A stretch of 64,000 bases of DNA from Minisyncoccia bacterium (GCA_049997875.1 JBEKRC010000001.1:236609-300608), one strand, 5' to 3'; numbered from the stretch's first letter, positions 46,984 through 56,471 are shown. Numbers and translations are program-made. Notes: a model not told the origin generated them from the letters alone.

Positions 46984-49011
46984 ATGCCCGCCCGGGTTAT
47001 AAAATTCATTCGGCGAGAAAAATTCATCCTTATCGTGATGGTGGCGACCGTTGCCGCGTTCTCGGTAGCGTCGCTTTTTTCATATCAGGTTACCCATTGG
47101 TTTGAAGTGAAATTTTTCGATAGTAAGGTGGGGCAAGCACAGCACGGTCTTGATGCGGATTCGCAATATGTCTTTCAGAACATAGGGGAGGTTGCGACCC
47201 CTTCCAGTTTCGCGAAACTGATTGAGGCGAGAGACGTGCCGCAGCTTGCTTCGGCGCTCCAGGACGAGCAGGCGATTCATCACTTCGATGCCTTGAGCGT
47301 TACGGATGACGCAGGGGTTGTCTTGGCACAAACGCAGGCCTCTTCCTCCCGCATCGGCGATTATATATTCCAGACGACGGCCTACGGGCAGAAAGTGGCA
47401 GAGGGAATAGCCGTGGTCTCCATAGAGCGCGGGAACGACACCCCGCTCTTAGTGGTTGCGGGCTATCCTGTGACCGACCATGGGCAAATGGTAGGAGCGG
47501 TGTTCGGCGGCTATTCAATTGATGATGCCTATGCCCGCAACTTCAGGGATAAATATTTGACTGGCGGAGAAAATCTCATTTTCTACTCAAACCAGGACGG
47601 CGTGGTCGGAACCACTTTTGAAGATCCGGACACCAAACTTCTCCTTGCGGCATATTTCAACATCGGCTCCGATTGGATTCTGAAGGGACAATCGGACCGC
47701 GAGGTAATTGTGGAAGGAAGGGCATATTTCGTGAAAAATTTCGTTTTCCCCGGTCCTTACGGAGGAAGCCCGGGAGGGGTGCTCGTGCTTTACCCGGCAG
47801 GCTATACCGCGGAAGCCGCTATTTTTTCTTCGATCGTCGCGCTTATCTTCGCCCTCATCATGTTCTATCTCCACACCCGCGGAGCGACGAAAAGGCGCTA
47901 TGAAACAGAGGTTACGATTCTCATAATCTGCTCGCTTGTCGTGTTCTTCGCAATCTTTTTCACCGACAGTTCGTTGCTGTACAGCCATTCAATTCTCGTC
48001 CAGAAACCGTCGTACACCATTTATAACTCAACGCTTGCATTCGACCCAAGCTTCGCCGTTTTGAGCAGGTCGTCGGAGCAACGGGTGGGGGTCGAGGTGT
48101 CAACGGGCGGAGAAGCCATCAATGCCGCCCAGATTGACGTAACGTATGATCCCGCAAGGGTTTGGGTAGCAGATATTATTACTGCGAATTCCTTTTGCGC
48201 GCCAGCAATATTTCTAGAGAAAAGCATTGACAATAAACGCGGCGAGGTGCAAGTGACTTGCGGCCTTCCGACCCCAGGTTTTTCCGGCGAGAGCGGCGAT
48301 GTAGTTACGCTCGCCCTGCGGCCTATCCAAGAGGGAGACGTGACGTTACATTTCAGCACGGGCACGCAGATATTGGCGAATGACGGATTGGGCACGGATG
48401 TTTTGCGCCTCGCGACCGACGGCAGCTATCGCATCATTTACGAAGCGACGGCGGAAAACAGCACCTCTTCGGTCATAGTATTTTCTCCGACGTATCCCAA
48501 CAGCGCCAGGTGGTATGACGAGCCGGACGGCCTCTTCACATGGATTGCTTCTCCTGGCTATCGCTATCTTTATTTACTGAATAAAATTCCTGCCATGGCA
48601 ACGCTCGCGGGAGCGAGCACGACTCCCGCCGACTCGGTTTCATTCTCCGGCCTTACCGATGGCGTTTATTATTTCCATATCCAGCCGATAAAAGGAGGGA
48701 TCAGCGGCGCGGTTTCCGATTACAAGGTAATGATAGACACAACGCCGCCGTCGCAACCTATCATCAAGGCCAGCGAAACAACGGTATCTGAGGGCCAGAT
48801 TATAAGGCTAACGTTCGAAAGCAATGACGAATTAAGCGGTTTGCAGGGTAACTATTACGTCCAGTTTGACGACGGCGTTTTCCTGCCTACGGCCTCACCG
48901 CTTTCCGTCTCTCTCCCAAGGGGCACCCACGTCATTACTGTGCGGGCTTTTGATCATGCGGGCAATTTCGCCGACGGGAGCATAACGATCACGGTAACAA
49001 AAAGCCGGTGA
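46984..49011 (+). CDS. Large membrane/extracytoplasmic hypothetical protein with cohesin-like C-terminal domain
   Basis: N-terminal TM, ~280-aa extracytoplasmic region, two central TM helices, then beta-rich domains (DVTYDPARVWVADIITANSF...). Confidence 0.35.
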   Translation: MPARVIKFIRREKFILIVMVATVAAFSVASLFSYQVTHWFEVKFFDSKVGQAQHGLDADSQYVFQNIGEVATPSSFAKLIEARDVPQLASALQDEQAIHHFDALSVTDDAGVVLAQTQASSSRIGDYIFQTTAYGQKVAEGIAVVSIERGNDTPLLVVAGYPVTDHGQMVGAVFGGYSIDDAYARNFRDKYLTGGENLIFYSNQDGVVGTTFEDPDTKLLLAAYFNIGSDWILKGQSDREVIVEGRAYFVKNFVFPGPYGGSPGGVLVLYPAGYTAEAAIFSSIVALIFALIMFYLHTRGATKRRYETEVTILIICSLVVFFAIFFTDSSLLYSHSILVQKPSYTIYNSTLAFDPSFAVLSRSSEQRVGVEVSTGGEAINAAQIDVTYDPARVWVADIITANSFCAPAIFLEKSIDNKRGEVQVTCGLPTPGFSGESGDVVTLALRPIQEGDVTLHFSTGTQILANDGLGTDVLRLATDGSYRIIYEATAENSTSSVIVFSPTYPNSARWYDEPDGLFTWIASPGYRYLYLLNKIPAMATLAGASTTPADSVSFSGLTDGVYYFHIQPIKGGISGAVSDYKVMIDTTPPSQPIIKASETTVSEGQIIRLTFESNDELSGLQGNYYVQFDDGVFLPTASPLSVSLPRGTHVITVRAFDHAGNFADGSITITVTKSR

Positions 49012-49012
49012 C

Positions 49013-49071
49013 GCCCGTTTATTCAAACCCGAGAGGGACGAGGAATTTAGGTTCGAATCCCGTGCGGGCCA
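49013..49071 (+). other. tRNA-like fragment B (T-loop plus GC clamp and CA tail, not a complete tRNA)
   Basis: GCCCG...CCCGAGAGGG...AGGTTCGAATCCCGTGCGGGC-CA; 59 nt; related to fragment A at 17352. Confidence 0.35.
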
Positions 49072-49155
49072 TCGATTCGTGTGTTAGAATGAAGCTGTTC
49101 AATAGGACCGCGCAAAACATTCTCCATCAGCGCAGGGTCCAGGTTTTGACTAAAA

Positions 49156-50412
49156 TTGGTTTATATTATGAATAAAAAATCCGCCATTTCTTCATCCAGC
49201 AATACAATTCTCAAGCTCAAGGTTTTGGCCAAGAGAAAGGAAGGCGTCAGGCGCAAGCTGGTGGTGACCGCCAAGGAAAAGGAAGGCGTCAGGGACAAGC
49301 TGGCGATGACGGCCAAACAACTCGCCGTGACCGCCAAAGAAAAGGAACGCATCAGGCGCAAGCTGGTGGTGACCGCCAAAGAAAAGGAAAGCGTCAGGCG
49401 CAAGCTGGAGATCACGGCTGAGACACTCCGCCTCAAAGCTAAACAACTCGCCGCGATCGCCAAAGAAAAGGAACGCATCAGGCGAAAGCTGGTGGTGACC
49501 GCCAAGGAAAAGGAAAGCGTCAGGCGCAAGCTGGTGGTGACCGCCAAAGAAAAGGAACGCATCAGGCGCAAGCTGGCGGTGACGGCCAGGGAAAAGGAAA
49601 GCATCAGGAGCAAACTTGCCGTGACGGCCAAGCAACTCGCCGCGAGCGCCAAGAAAATTGAATCGGCAAACCAAGAGTTGCGATCGCTCGACTTAGCAAA
49701 AGATGAATTCGTTTCTATCGCTTCGCATCAGCTTCGGACGCCCCTTGCGGCCCTGAAAGGATACATCGGCATGCTCCTGGATGGAGATCGCGGGCCAATA
49801 AACGATAAACAGCGCGAGTATCTTGAGGCAGTAAAGAATGCCAACGATCGCATGATCAGGCTTATCACGGCGCTTCTTAATGTTTCAAGGGTTGATTTGA
49901 ACGTGTTCGCCGTTGAGCCTGAGCCGGTAAATTTTGAGGAGGTCGCTCTGAGCATGCTCAAAGAGCTTGAGGGCGATATTAAGGATAAAAAGTTACGGGT
50001 GGAGACGAGTTTCGAAAAAGGCATTCCGCTGCTTAATGCCGACCCGAACATCACCCGGATGATCTTCCAAAATTTGCTTACCAATGCGGTGAAATATACT
50101 CCCGCCGAAGGGAGTATTACGCTCAATATAAAAAAGGACGGTTCCGCTATTCTTATCTCGGTTGCCGATACTGGCTATGGAATTCCCAAAATGGCGCAGT
50201 CAAAGATTTTTACAAAAATGTTCCGAGCCGATAATGCGCGCGTAAAGGATCCCAATGGTACCGGCCTGGGATTATATATAATAAAGGCAACGATAGAGCA
50301 AACGGGAGGAAAAATTTGGTTCACGTCAAAGGAAAATAAAGGGTCGACGTTTTATGTTTCGATTCCTCTCGCGGGCATGAAGAAGAAAGCAGGTTCTAAA
50401 AGGCTAGAATAA
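49156..50412 (+). CDS. Cytoplasmic sensor histidine kinase with N-terminal tandem coiled-coil repeats
   Basis: H-box SHQLRTPL, N-box NLLTNAVKYT, G-boxes DTGYGIP/GTGLGL. No TM segment. N-terminus built of ~10 KLVVTAKEKE(S/R)(V/I)RR 14-aa repeats. Confidence 0.7.
   Translation: MVYIMNKKSAISSSSNTILKLKVLAKRKEGVRRKLVVTAKEKEGVRDKLAMTAKQLAVTAKEKERIRRKLVVTAKEKESVRRKLEITAETLRLKAKQLAAIAKEKERIRRKLVVTAKEKESVRRKLVVTAKEKERIRRKLAVTAREKESIRSKLAVTAKQLAASAKKIESANQELRSLDLAKDEFVSIASHQLRTPLAALKGYIGMLLDGDRGPINDKQREYLEAVKNANDRMIRLITALLNVSRVDLNVFAVEPEPVNFEEVALSMLKELEGDIKDKKLRVETSFEKGIPLLNADPNITRMIFQNLLTNAVKYTPAEGSITLNIKKDGSAILISVADTGYGIPKMAQSKIFTKMFRADNARVKDPNGTGLGLYIIKATIEQTGGKIWFTSKENKGSTFYVSIPLAGMKKKAGSKRLE
49228..49650 (+). 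repeat. In-frame 42-nt tandem repeat array (about 10 copies) inside the histidine kinase gene
   Basis: Near-identical units AAGCTGGTGGTGACCGCCAAAGAAAAGGAAAGCGTCAGGCGC with occasional 21-nt half-units. Confidence 0.75.
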
Positions 50413-50425
50413 AATTAAAACATTT

Positions 50426-50806
50426 GTGGATGCGCCACCAAAAAAAATATTAATCGTTGAAGATGAAACGCTCATCTTGAATGGTATCTCGGACAAGTTT
50501 GCATTTGAAGGTTTCTCGGTACTCAAGGCAAGTAATGGTCAAGAGGGGTTGGCTAAGGCGCTCGCGGATCATCCCGACGTGATCCTTGTGGACTATCTTA
50601 TGCCCAATACCGATGGTTTTTACCTCCTTGAAAACCTTCGCAAGGACAAGTGGGGTAAAAACGCCCGAGTTATTATGTGGAGCAACTCTCACGACTCCAA
50701 CACTATGGCTCGAGCGAAAAAGTTAGGAGTTTTTGATTTTATGGTCAAGAGCGAATGGGAGTATCGGGATGTTGTGAAAAAAGTCAGGAAAGTTTTGAAG
50801 ATTTGA
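50426..50806 (+). CDS. Stand-alone receiver-domain response regulator (CheY-like)
   Basis: ILIVEDE ... VILVDYLMPNTDG ... MWS..K with no output domain. Confidence 0.7.
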   Translation: MDAPPKKILIVEDETLILNGISDKFAFEGFSVLKASNGQEGLAKALADHPDVILVDYLMPNTDGFYLLENLRKDKWGKNARVIMWSNSHDSNTMARAKKLGVFDFMVKSEWEYRDVVKKVRKVLKI

Positions 50807-50928
50807 ATCTGGGGCGGGGGCCTCGCTATGCGTGGTGGCAGCGGCGATATGCTATAATGGAATATAACCACATTATCTGTGACAAAGGTCGATGATACTT
50901 GGAGATAAAAATAAATTAATAACAACTT

Positions 50929-52545
50929 ATGAAAAAGCTTAATAAGAATTCAATAGTAACCGCATTGGTCGTTTCCTTCGTGCTCGGTCTCGCTGGGCCA
51001 ATTACTGCGTTCGCGGCAGCGTCTCCAAGCCTTGGAGCGGCTGACAGTTACTCGGTTTTATCCGGCGCGGGAGCCACTAACACCGGCGTTACAACGATCA
51101 GTGGAGATGTCGGCGTGTCCCCAGCCGCGTCCTTTACGGGCACCAGTACCGTGACCTTCCTCGCTCCAGGCAATCCACACCTCGCTGATGGGCCCGCGGC
51201 TGCGGCTCAGCTTGCTAATGCCGCCGCATTCGGCGCACTTAGCGCGGCGCCAAATACAGCATGCACTACCGACTGGTCCGGAACTGGTGTTATTGATCTA
51301 GCTTCGAAAACCCTCGCGCCAGGCATTTATTGTGCGGATGCGTTTTCGTTGTCGGGAACGCTCACGCTGGATGACACCGGCGGTCCCAGTGGGGTCTGGA
51401 TTTTCCGATCCGCGGCTACGCTCATTACATCACCCGGTGTCGGCGCCAAGGTCCAATTTCTTAATGGGACTGGCTTAGCCTGCAACGTGTGGTGGAAGGT
51501 CGTCAGTTCCGCGACTATCGGTACCGGCACTACGTTCATAGGAAATATTCTCGCGTCCACGGCCATCGCCCTGCAGACCGGCGCAACCTTGGACGGTCGA
51601 GCCTTCGCGCAAACTGCTGCAGTAACGTTGGATACCAATACTATTTCGGGACCGATATGTGCGGCCCCGCCTCCTCCCGTGCCTGTCCCGGCACCGGTTG
51701 CGCCGTCAGCTAGTGCTAGCACTGGCGGCGGTAGGATAGTACCCTTGATCGGAATACTCAAAGTTCCAACGCCCTTAGCCTTGCCTGGAGGAGCCGGTTC
51801 GGTTACTTACAACTACACAGTCTGGAACGTCGGGGGGCAGCAGGCGTTGACGGATGTTACGGTGACCGACGATAAGTGCAGTCCGGTAACTTTGCTTTCC
51901 GGCGATCTGAACAGCAACGGCAAACTTGATCCGGGCGAAAAATGGAAATACAGCTGTACCACAACGCTCTCGCAGACTACTGCAAACACTTCAATCGCGA
52001 CCGGTTACAGCGACGATAGCTATCACCAGGCCACAATCGCAACCGCAATCGCTACCGTTGCTGTTGGCGTGCCGTTAAACCCCCCTCTCATTAACATCAT
52101 AAAGGTGCCGAGTCGCCTGACCCCATTTCCATTCGGAGGTGGTAATGTCAAGTACACATACACCGTGACAAACCCGGGCGTGGTTGCGATGCATGATGTA
52201 GTTGTCACTGACGACAAATGCGGTCCGGTTTCTCGCGTTATCGGAGGTACCACTGCTAATGGCAACAACAATGGCCTGCTCAATCCCGGTGAGTCATGGA
52301 CTTATACCTGTCAAACGAATGTTCCGGTTTCAACCAGTAATGTCGCTACGGCTCAAGGTACGGCAAATGGTTTTACCGCCCGGGGCTATGCCTTTGCTAC
52401 GGTACTTGTGGCTGCTCCCGGACTTCCGAATACCGGATTTCCTCCAAAGGAGAACGGTATCCCGTGGGGCATCATCACATTGGCTGGCGTCCTCGCATTA
52501 GCTTCTGCCTCGCTCGTCGTAGTTCTAAAAAAACGAAGGGTCTAG
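50929..52545 (+). CDS. Surface protein: DUF3494 (ice-binding-like) domain + DUF11 repeats + LPNTG sortase anchor
   Basis: Signal peptide. LGAADSYSVLSGAGATNTGVTTISGDVGVSP (DUF3494 hallmark). Two DUF11-like repeats (VTVTDDKCSPV..., VVVTDDKCGPV...). C-terminal LPNTGF + TM + KKRRV. Confidence 0.6.
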   Translation: MKKLNKNSIVTALVVSFVLGLAGPITAFAAASPSLGAADSYSVLSGAGATNTGVTTISGDVGVSPAASFTGTSTVTFLAPGNPHLADGPAAAAQLANAAAFGALSAAPNTACTTDWSGTGVIDLASKTLAPGIYCADAFSLSGTLTLDDTGGPSGVWIFRSAATLITSPGVGAKVQFLNGTGLACNVWWKVVSSATIGTGTTFIGNILASTAIALQTGATLDGRAFAQTAAVTLDTNTISGPICAAPPPPVPVPAPVAPSASASTGGGRIVPLIGILKVPTPLALPGGAGSVTYNYTVWNVGGQQALTDVTVTDDKCSPVTLLSGDLNSNGKLDPGEKWKYSCTTTLSQTTANTSIATGYSDDSYHQATIATAIATVAVGVPLNPPLINIIKVPSRLTPFPFGGGNVKYTYTVTNPGVVAMHDVVVTDDKCGPVSRVIGGTTANGNNNGLLNPGESWTYTCQTNVPVSTSNVATAQGTANGFTARGYAFATVLVAAPGLPNTGFPPKENGIPWGIITLAGVLALASASLVVVLKKRRV

Positions 52546-52572
52546 TTTCGACGCTCACGGGAATCAACCGAT

Positions 52573-53187
52573 GTGTTTGGCCTCGAGGCACGTACAAAAA
52601 TCTCGTTAACGTGGTCGCTGATTATTCTTGGCATTGTGGGGATTGCATTCTCTTCACTGGTCATTTTCTTTCTGAAAGGTTTCTATGCAAATCCGGTCCC
52701 GCTGACCGGCAGTCAGATTCCGCCAGATTTGCAACGGGCGGGATCAGAACTTCCGATTCGCCTCAAGATTCCAAAGATCAATGTCGACGCCGGCATTGAA
52801 TACGTTGGTCTTACGCCGCAGGGGACAATGGATGTGCCAAAAGGTCCCACGGACGCGGCCTGGTTCGATCTCGGGCCGCGCCCCGGGGAGAATGGCAGTG
52901 CCGTGATCGCGGGACATGAGGGATGGAAAGACGGCATACGGGCGGTATTTGATGATTTATATAAATTGCGCATAGGAGACAAGGTATACGTTGAAGATGA
53001 GCGCGAGGAGACTACCACGTTTGTGGTGCGCGGAATTCAGGCGTATGACCAAAACGGGGATGGCTCGGATGTGTTTAGCTCAAACGACGGGAAAGCGCAT
53101 CTTAATCTTATAACGTGCGAGGGGACTTGGAATGCGGCAGAGAAGAGTTATTCCAATCGGCTTGTGGTATTTACGGAAAAATTTTAG
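52573..53187 (+). CDS. Sortase (class E/F-like transpeptidase)
   Basis: N-terminal TM anchor, VIAGHEG His, catalytic NLITCEG (TLxTC) Cys; directly downstream of its LPNTG substrate. Confidence 0.65.
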   Translation: MFGLEARTKISLTWSLIILGIVGIAFSSLVIFFLKGFYANPVPLTGSQIPPDLQRAGSELPIRLKIPKINVDAGIEYVGLTPQGTMDVPKGPTDAAWFDLGPRPGENGSAVIAGHEGWKDGIRAVFDDLYKLRIGDKVYVEDEREETTTFVVRGIQAYDQNGDGSDVFSSNDGKAHLNLITCEGTWNAAEKSYSNRLVVFTEKF

Positions 53188-53271
53188 TGCATATGTAAAC
53201 GCCTCATCTGAAGGCTTGAAAACAGGATACGTGGTGCGGTCCGATCATCGCTATTCTCTCGAAAGCATGGT

Positions 53272-53703
53272 ATGCTTAGGAAAATGGCATCAGCGAAAAA
53301 AATAAAATTGGTTCTTGATCGAAAGCTCAAAGAAGTTTGCGAAACTCCCGCAAGCTTCACTTTTTTCGTTTCGCTCCATGATTTCGTCAAATATATCGAA
53401 TCCACGCCTTCGTTCGCGGTCTTTTTCTCCGGCGCGAAAAAGGGAGGCCGGGCCAAGGAACTCTCCCCCAAATACTCCGTTATGAGGCAGGTCTATCAAG
53501 GGATAGAAGATATCGATGTCCGCACCACGAATGATCTCGGGCATGATCGCTATGTGGCGATCCGCGAGTTGAGCTTGATCCGGAACAAGGACGTTTCCGA
53601 TAATAATTCGTTCTGGAAGCGCCGGGAACTTCTCCGAAAAGTGGCAGGCGAGATCCACCATACGCTGCAGAGTTATCTTTCCGAATCGGGCGTCAAACAT
53701 TAA
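53272..53703 (+). CDS. Hypothetical protein
   Basis: 143 aa, no recognisable domain. Confidence 0.3.
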   Translation: MLRKMASAKKIKLVLDRKLKEVCETPASFTFFVSLHDFVKYIESTPSFAVFFSGAKKGGRAKELSPKYSVMRQVYQGIEDIDVRTTNDLGHDRYVAIRELSLIRNKDVSDNNSFWKRRELLRKVAGEIHHTLQSYLSESGVKH

Positions 53704-53713
53704 AATTAGTCCC

Positions 53714-54952
53714 ATGTCCGACCAGTCCGGTTTTCGCGGCCTCGGCATCGCCCCGAGCATTCTCGGCATTCTTGATAAGCTCCGTTTCACGACGCCCACG
53801 CCCATCCAGGAGCAATCCGTCCCGCAGGCGATTGAGGGGAAAGACATGATGGGGATCGCGCAGACCGGTACCGGGAAAACGCTCGCATTCGGCATCCCGC
53901 TCATCCAAAACATGCTGAAGGACGCCCGCCGTCGCGCACTAATCCTTCTGCCAACGCGGGAACTCGCGTTACAAGTGGATGAGGCGCTCAGAAAGATCGG
54001 CGGACCATTGGGCGTAAAGACCGCGGTGCTTATCGGCGGCGAGCCCATACGAAGGCAATGGCATGCGCTCGGTCGTATGCCACAGATCATTTTGGCGACC
54101 CCCGGGCGGCTCATTGACCATCTTGAGCAAAAGACGGTGAGCCTGAAGGAGGTGAGCATCGTCGTGCTTGATGAGGCCGACCGGATGCTTGACATGGGAT
54201 TCGCGCCTCAGCTCAGGCGGATCCTCGCGGTCCTTCCGCGCGAGCGGCAAACCATGCTCTTTTCGGCTACGATGCCGGAGAGCATCGTAGCTATGGCACG
54301 CGCGTTCCTTAAACTTCCGGTGCGCGTGGAGGTTGCACGCTCGGGCACGGCGGTAAAGGATGTCACGCAGGAATTGTTCTTTGTGACCCAGGCGGAAAAA
54401 CCGAGATTGTTGGAAAAGATCCTGCAGGAATACCGCGGTTCGGTCCTTGTATTTTCAAGAACGAAGTTCGGCGCGAAAAAGATCGCGGTCCATCTTCGCG
54501 CGCTTGGGCATACCGCAGTGGATTTCCATTCCAACCGTTCGCAAAACCAGCGGCAAGAAGCCCTTGATGGTTTCAAGAACGGCAAATATCGCGTGGTGGT
54601 TGCGACGGACATCGCGGCGCGGGGCATTGACGTGAAGAACATTGAACTCGTGCTCAATTATGACCTTCCCGCCGTTGCGGAGGATTATATCCATCGCATC
54701 GGTCGTACCGCCCGGGCTGGTGAGAGCGGCCACGCCATTTCTTTTGCACGGCCGGATCAAAAGGGGGACGTACAGGCCATTGAGCGCCTGATGCGCGCCA
54801 CGCTGCCCGTTTCACGGCTGCCGGCGCTTCCTCCTCCCCCTCTCGCCGCCCCGCAACCTTTTGAGCGGGAACGGCGGACATTCCTGTTTCACGCCCAGCG
54901 CCATACCCAAAAACCGTCCCGCCGTTTCAGACCGCGGCGCTTGAGAGGTTAG
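53714..54952 (+). CDS. DEAD-box ATP-dependent RNA helicase
   Basis: Q-motif/PTPIQ, AQTGTGKT, DEAD (VLDEADRMLDMGF), SAT, HRIGRTAR, basic C-terminal tail. Confidence 0.85.
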   Translation: MSDQSGFRGLGIAPSILGILDKLRFTTPTPIQEQSVPQAIEGKDMMGIAQTGTGKTLAFGIPLIQNMLKDARRRALILLPTRELALQVDEALRKIGGPLGVKTAVLIGGEPIRRQWHALGRMPQIILATPGRLIDHLEQKTVSLKEVSIVVLDEADRMLDMGFAPQLRRILAVLPRERQTMLFSATMPESIVAMARAFLKLPVRVEVARSGTAVKDVTQELFFVTQAEKPRLLEKILQEYRGSVLVFSRTKFGAKKIAVHLRALGHTAVDFHSNRSQNQRQEALDGFKNGKYRVVVATDIAARGIDVKNIELVLNYDLPAVAEDYIHRIGRTARAGESGHAISFARPDQKGDVQAIERLMRATLPVSRLPALPPPPLAAPQPFERERRTFLFHAQRHTQKPSRRFRPRRLRG

Positions 54953-55018
54953 GGTGGTATACTTAATTATGTGACAAAGGTCGGAGATCGTAAAAACTAA
55001 GAAATAAAAAATAAAACT

Positions 55019-56242
55019 ATGAAAATGTTTAATAAGGTTTCGATAGGCGCATTGGTTGTTTCCTTGGTGCTCGGTTTTGCCGGACAAGCTGCGCTCGCGG
55101 CCGGCCCGGCAGCGGTAAATCTTGGATCGGCGGGCAATTTTGTGATTCTGGCAAAAACGGGGATCTCAACCACCGGATCCACCTCGATTGTCGGGGATCT
55201 TGGACTTAGTCCGGCAGCCGCGAGTTACATAACCGGATTTGCGTTAACGCTTCCCGCGGCAAGCGCATTTTCCACGTCAGCGTTAGTGACCGGGAAAGTA
55301 TATGCGTCCGACTATGCGGATCCGACTCCTGCTAACCTGACCACGGCGGTTCTCGACATGCAAACCGCGTACACCGACGCGGCGGGGCGGGTGCCCAACG
55401 TTACTGAACTGGGAGCCGGAAATATCGGCGGGCTGACACTCACCCCCGGTGTCTATAAATGGAGTACCGGCCTCACCATACCAACGGATGTTACTCTCTC
55501 GGGCGGCGCAAACGACGTTTGGATCTTCCAGGTGGCGCAAAATCTTAATATTAGCTCCGCCACGAAGATAGTCCTCGCCGGTGGCGCACGGGCGAGTAAT
55601 ATTTTCTGGGTTGTCGCAGGGCAGACGACGCTTGGAACGACGGCCGTCTTCAATGGAAATATATTGGATCAAACAGCGATCGTGCTGAACACCGGCGCAA
55701 CGCTGAATGGCCGAGCACTCGCACAGACCGCAGTTACGTTGGACTCAAACGCCGTTACCACGCCAACTTCTGCAGCTCCGGCGGTTCCCGCAACACCGGC
55801 AGTTCCTGCAACCCCGCCATCGGGGACAAGCACTTCGGCCACGCCGGCCACTCCCGCAGTTCCTGCGACGCCATCTACGAACGCCGCCCTACAGGCCCAG
55901 CTGAACGGTTTGTTAGGAACTTTGCACTCACTCCAGGCGCAGCAGGCCGCACAGCAGGGTTCTTCCGCTTCCGCTTCCGCTTTCGGCCAGCAGGTTCGGG
56001 CGATTGTGGCCGACCTCAGTACGGGCAGCAGAGGTAGCAACGTGACGACTCTTCAGCAATTCTTGATCTCGCAGGGGAAAGGTCCCGCGGCGCAAGCTCT
56101 TGCCAGAAATGGCGCGACAACGTATTTCGGAACTCTTACCCGCGCGGCGCTTGCGGAATTTCAGCAAAGTGTCGGCATAACGCCAGCAAGCGGTTACTTC
56201 GGACCGAAAACAAGGGCATACGTTAATTCTTCAAGTCAATAG
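55019..56242 (+). CDS. Surface protein: DUF3494 (ice-binding-like) domain + Ala/Pro/Thr linker + peptidoglycan-binding domain
   Basis: LGSAGNFVILAKTGISTTGSTSIVGDLGLSP. PAVPATPAVPATP linker. C-terminal PG_binding_1-like segment (TTLQQFLISQG...FGTLTRAALAEFQQSVGI). Confidence 0.55.
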   Translation: MKMFNKVSIGALVVSLVLGFAGQAALAAGPAAVNLGSAGNFVILAKTGISTTGSTSIVGDLGLSPAAASYITGFALTLPAASAFSTSALVTGKVYASDYADPTPANLTTAVLDMQTAYTDAAGRVPNVTELGAGNIGGLTLTPGVYKWSTGLTIPTDVTLSGGANDVWIFQVAQNLNISSATKIVLAGGARASNIFWVVAGQTTLGTTAVFNGNILDQTAIVLNTGATLNGRALAQTAVTLDSNAVTTPTSAAPAVPATPAVPATPPSGTSTSATPATPAVPATPSTNAALQAQLNGLLGTLHSLQAQQAAQQGSSASASAFGQQVRAIVADLSTGSRGSNVTTLQQFLISQGKGPAAQALARNGATTYFGTLTRAALAEFQQSVGITPASGYFGPKTRAYVNSSSQ

Positions 56243-56339
56243 CCCGATTGTTTTTTGGCGCGGCTATCATAGGCACCTCGCTTGAGGTCCTCTCCTTAGT
56301 GCTGGTCCATAACGGAGACATCGTGCCTGGTTTTGGAAC

Positions 56340-56471
56340 TTAGAACAAAAGCCGATAGATGATTATAACGAGAGCGATAACGAGCAATACGTGGATCAAT
56401 TTCCCCCCTATTTTGAAGCCGAATCCCAACAACCAAAGAACGAATAGAACGATGATGATTGTCCAAAGCAT
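56340..56471 (-). CDS. Small (43 aa) membrane protein, lmo0937-like family
   Basis: MLWTIIIVLFVLWLLGFGFKIGGKLIHVLLVIALVIIIYRLLF; not in the supplied ORF track (below size cutoff). Confidence 0.4.
   Translation of the reverse strand: MLWTIIIVLFVLWLLGFGFKIGGKLIHVLLVIALVIIIYRLLF

Noticed and set aside
49161-49674. Possible CRISPR-like array at the 42-nt tandem repeats
   Set aside because: Units are contiguous with no spacers, are in frame and encode a coiled-coil repeat of the histidine kinase. This is not CRISPR architecture.
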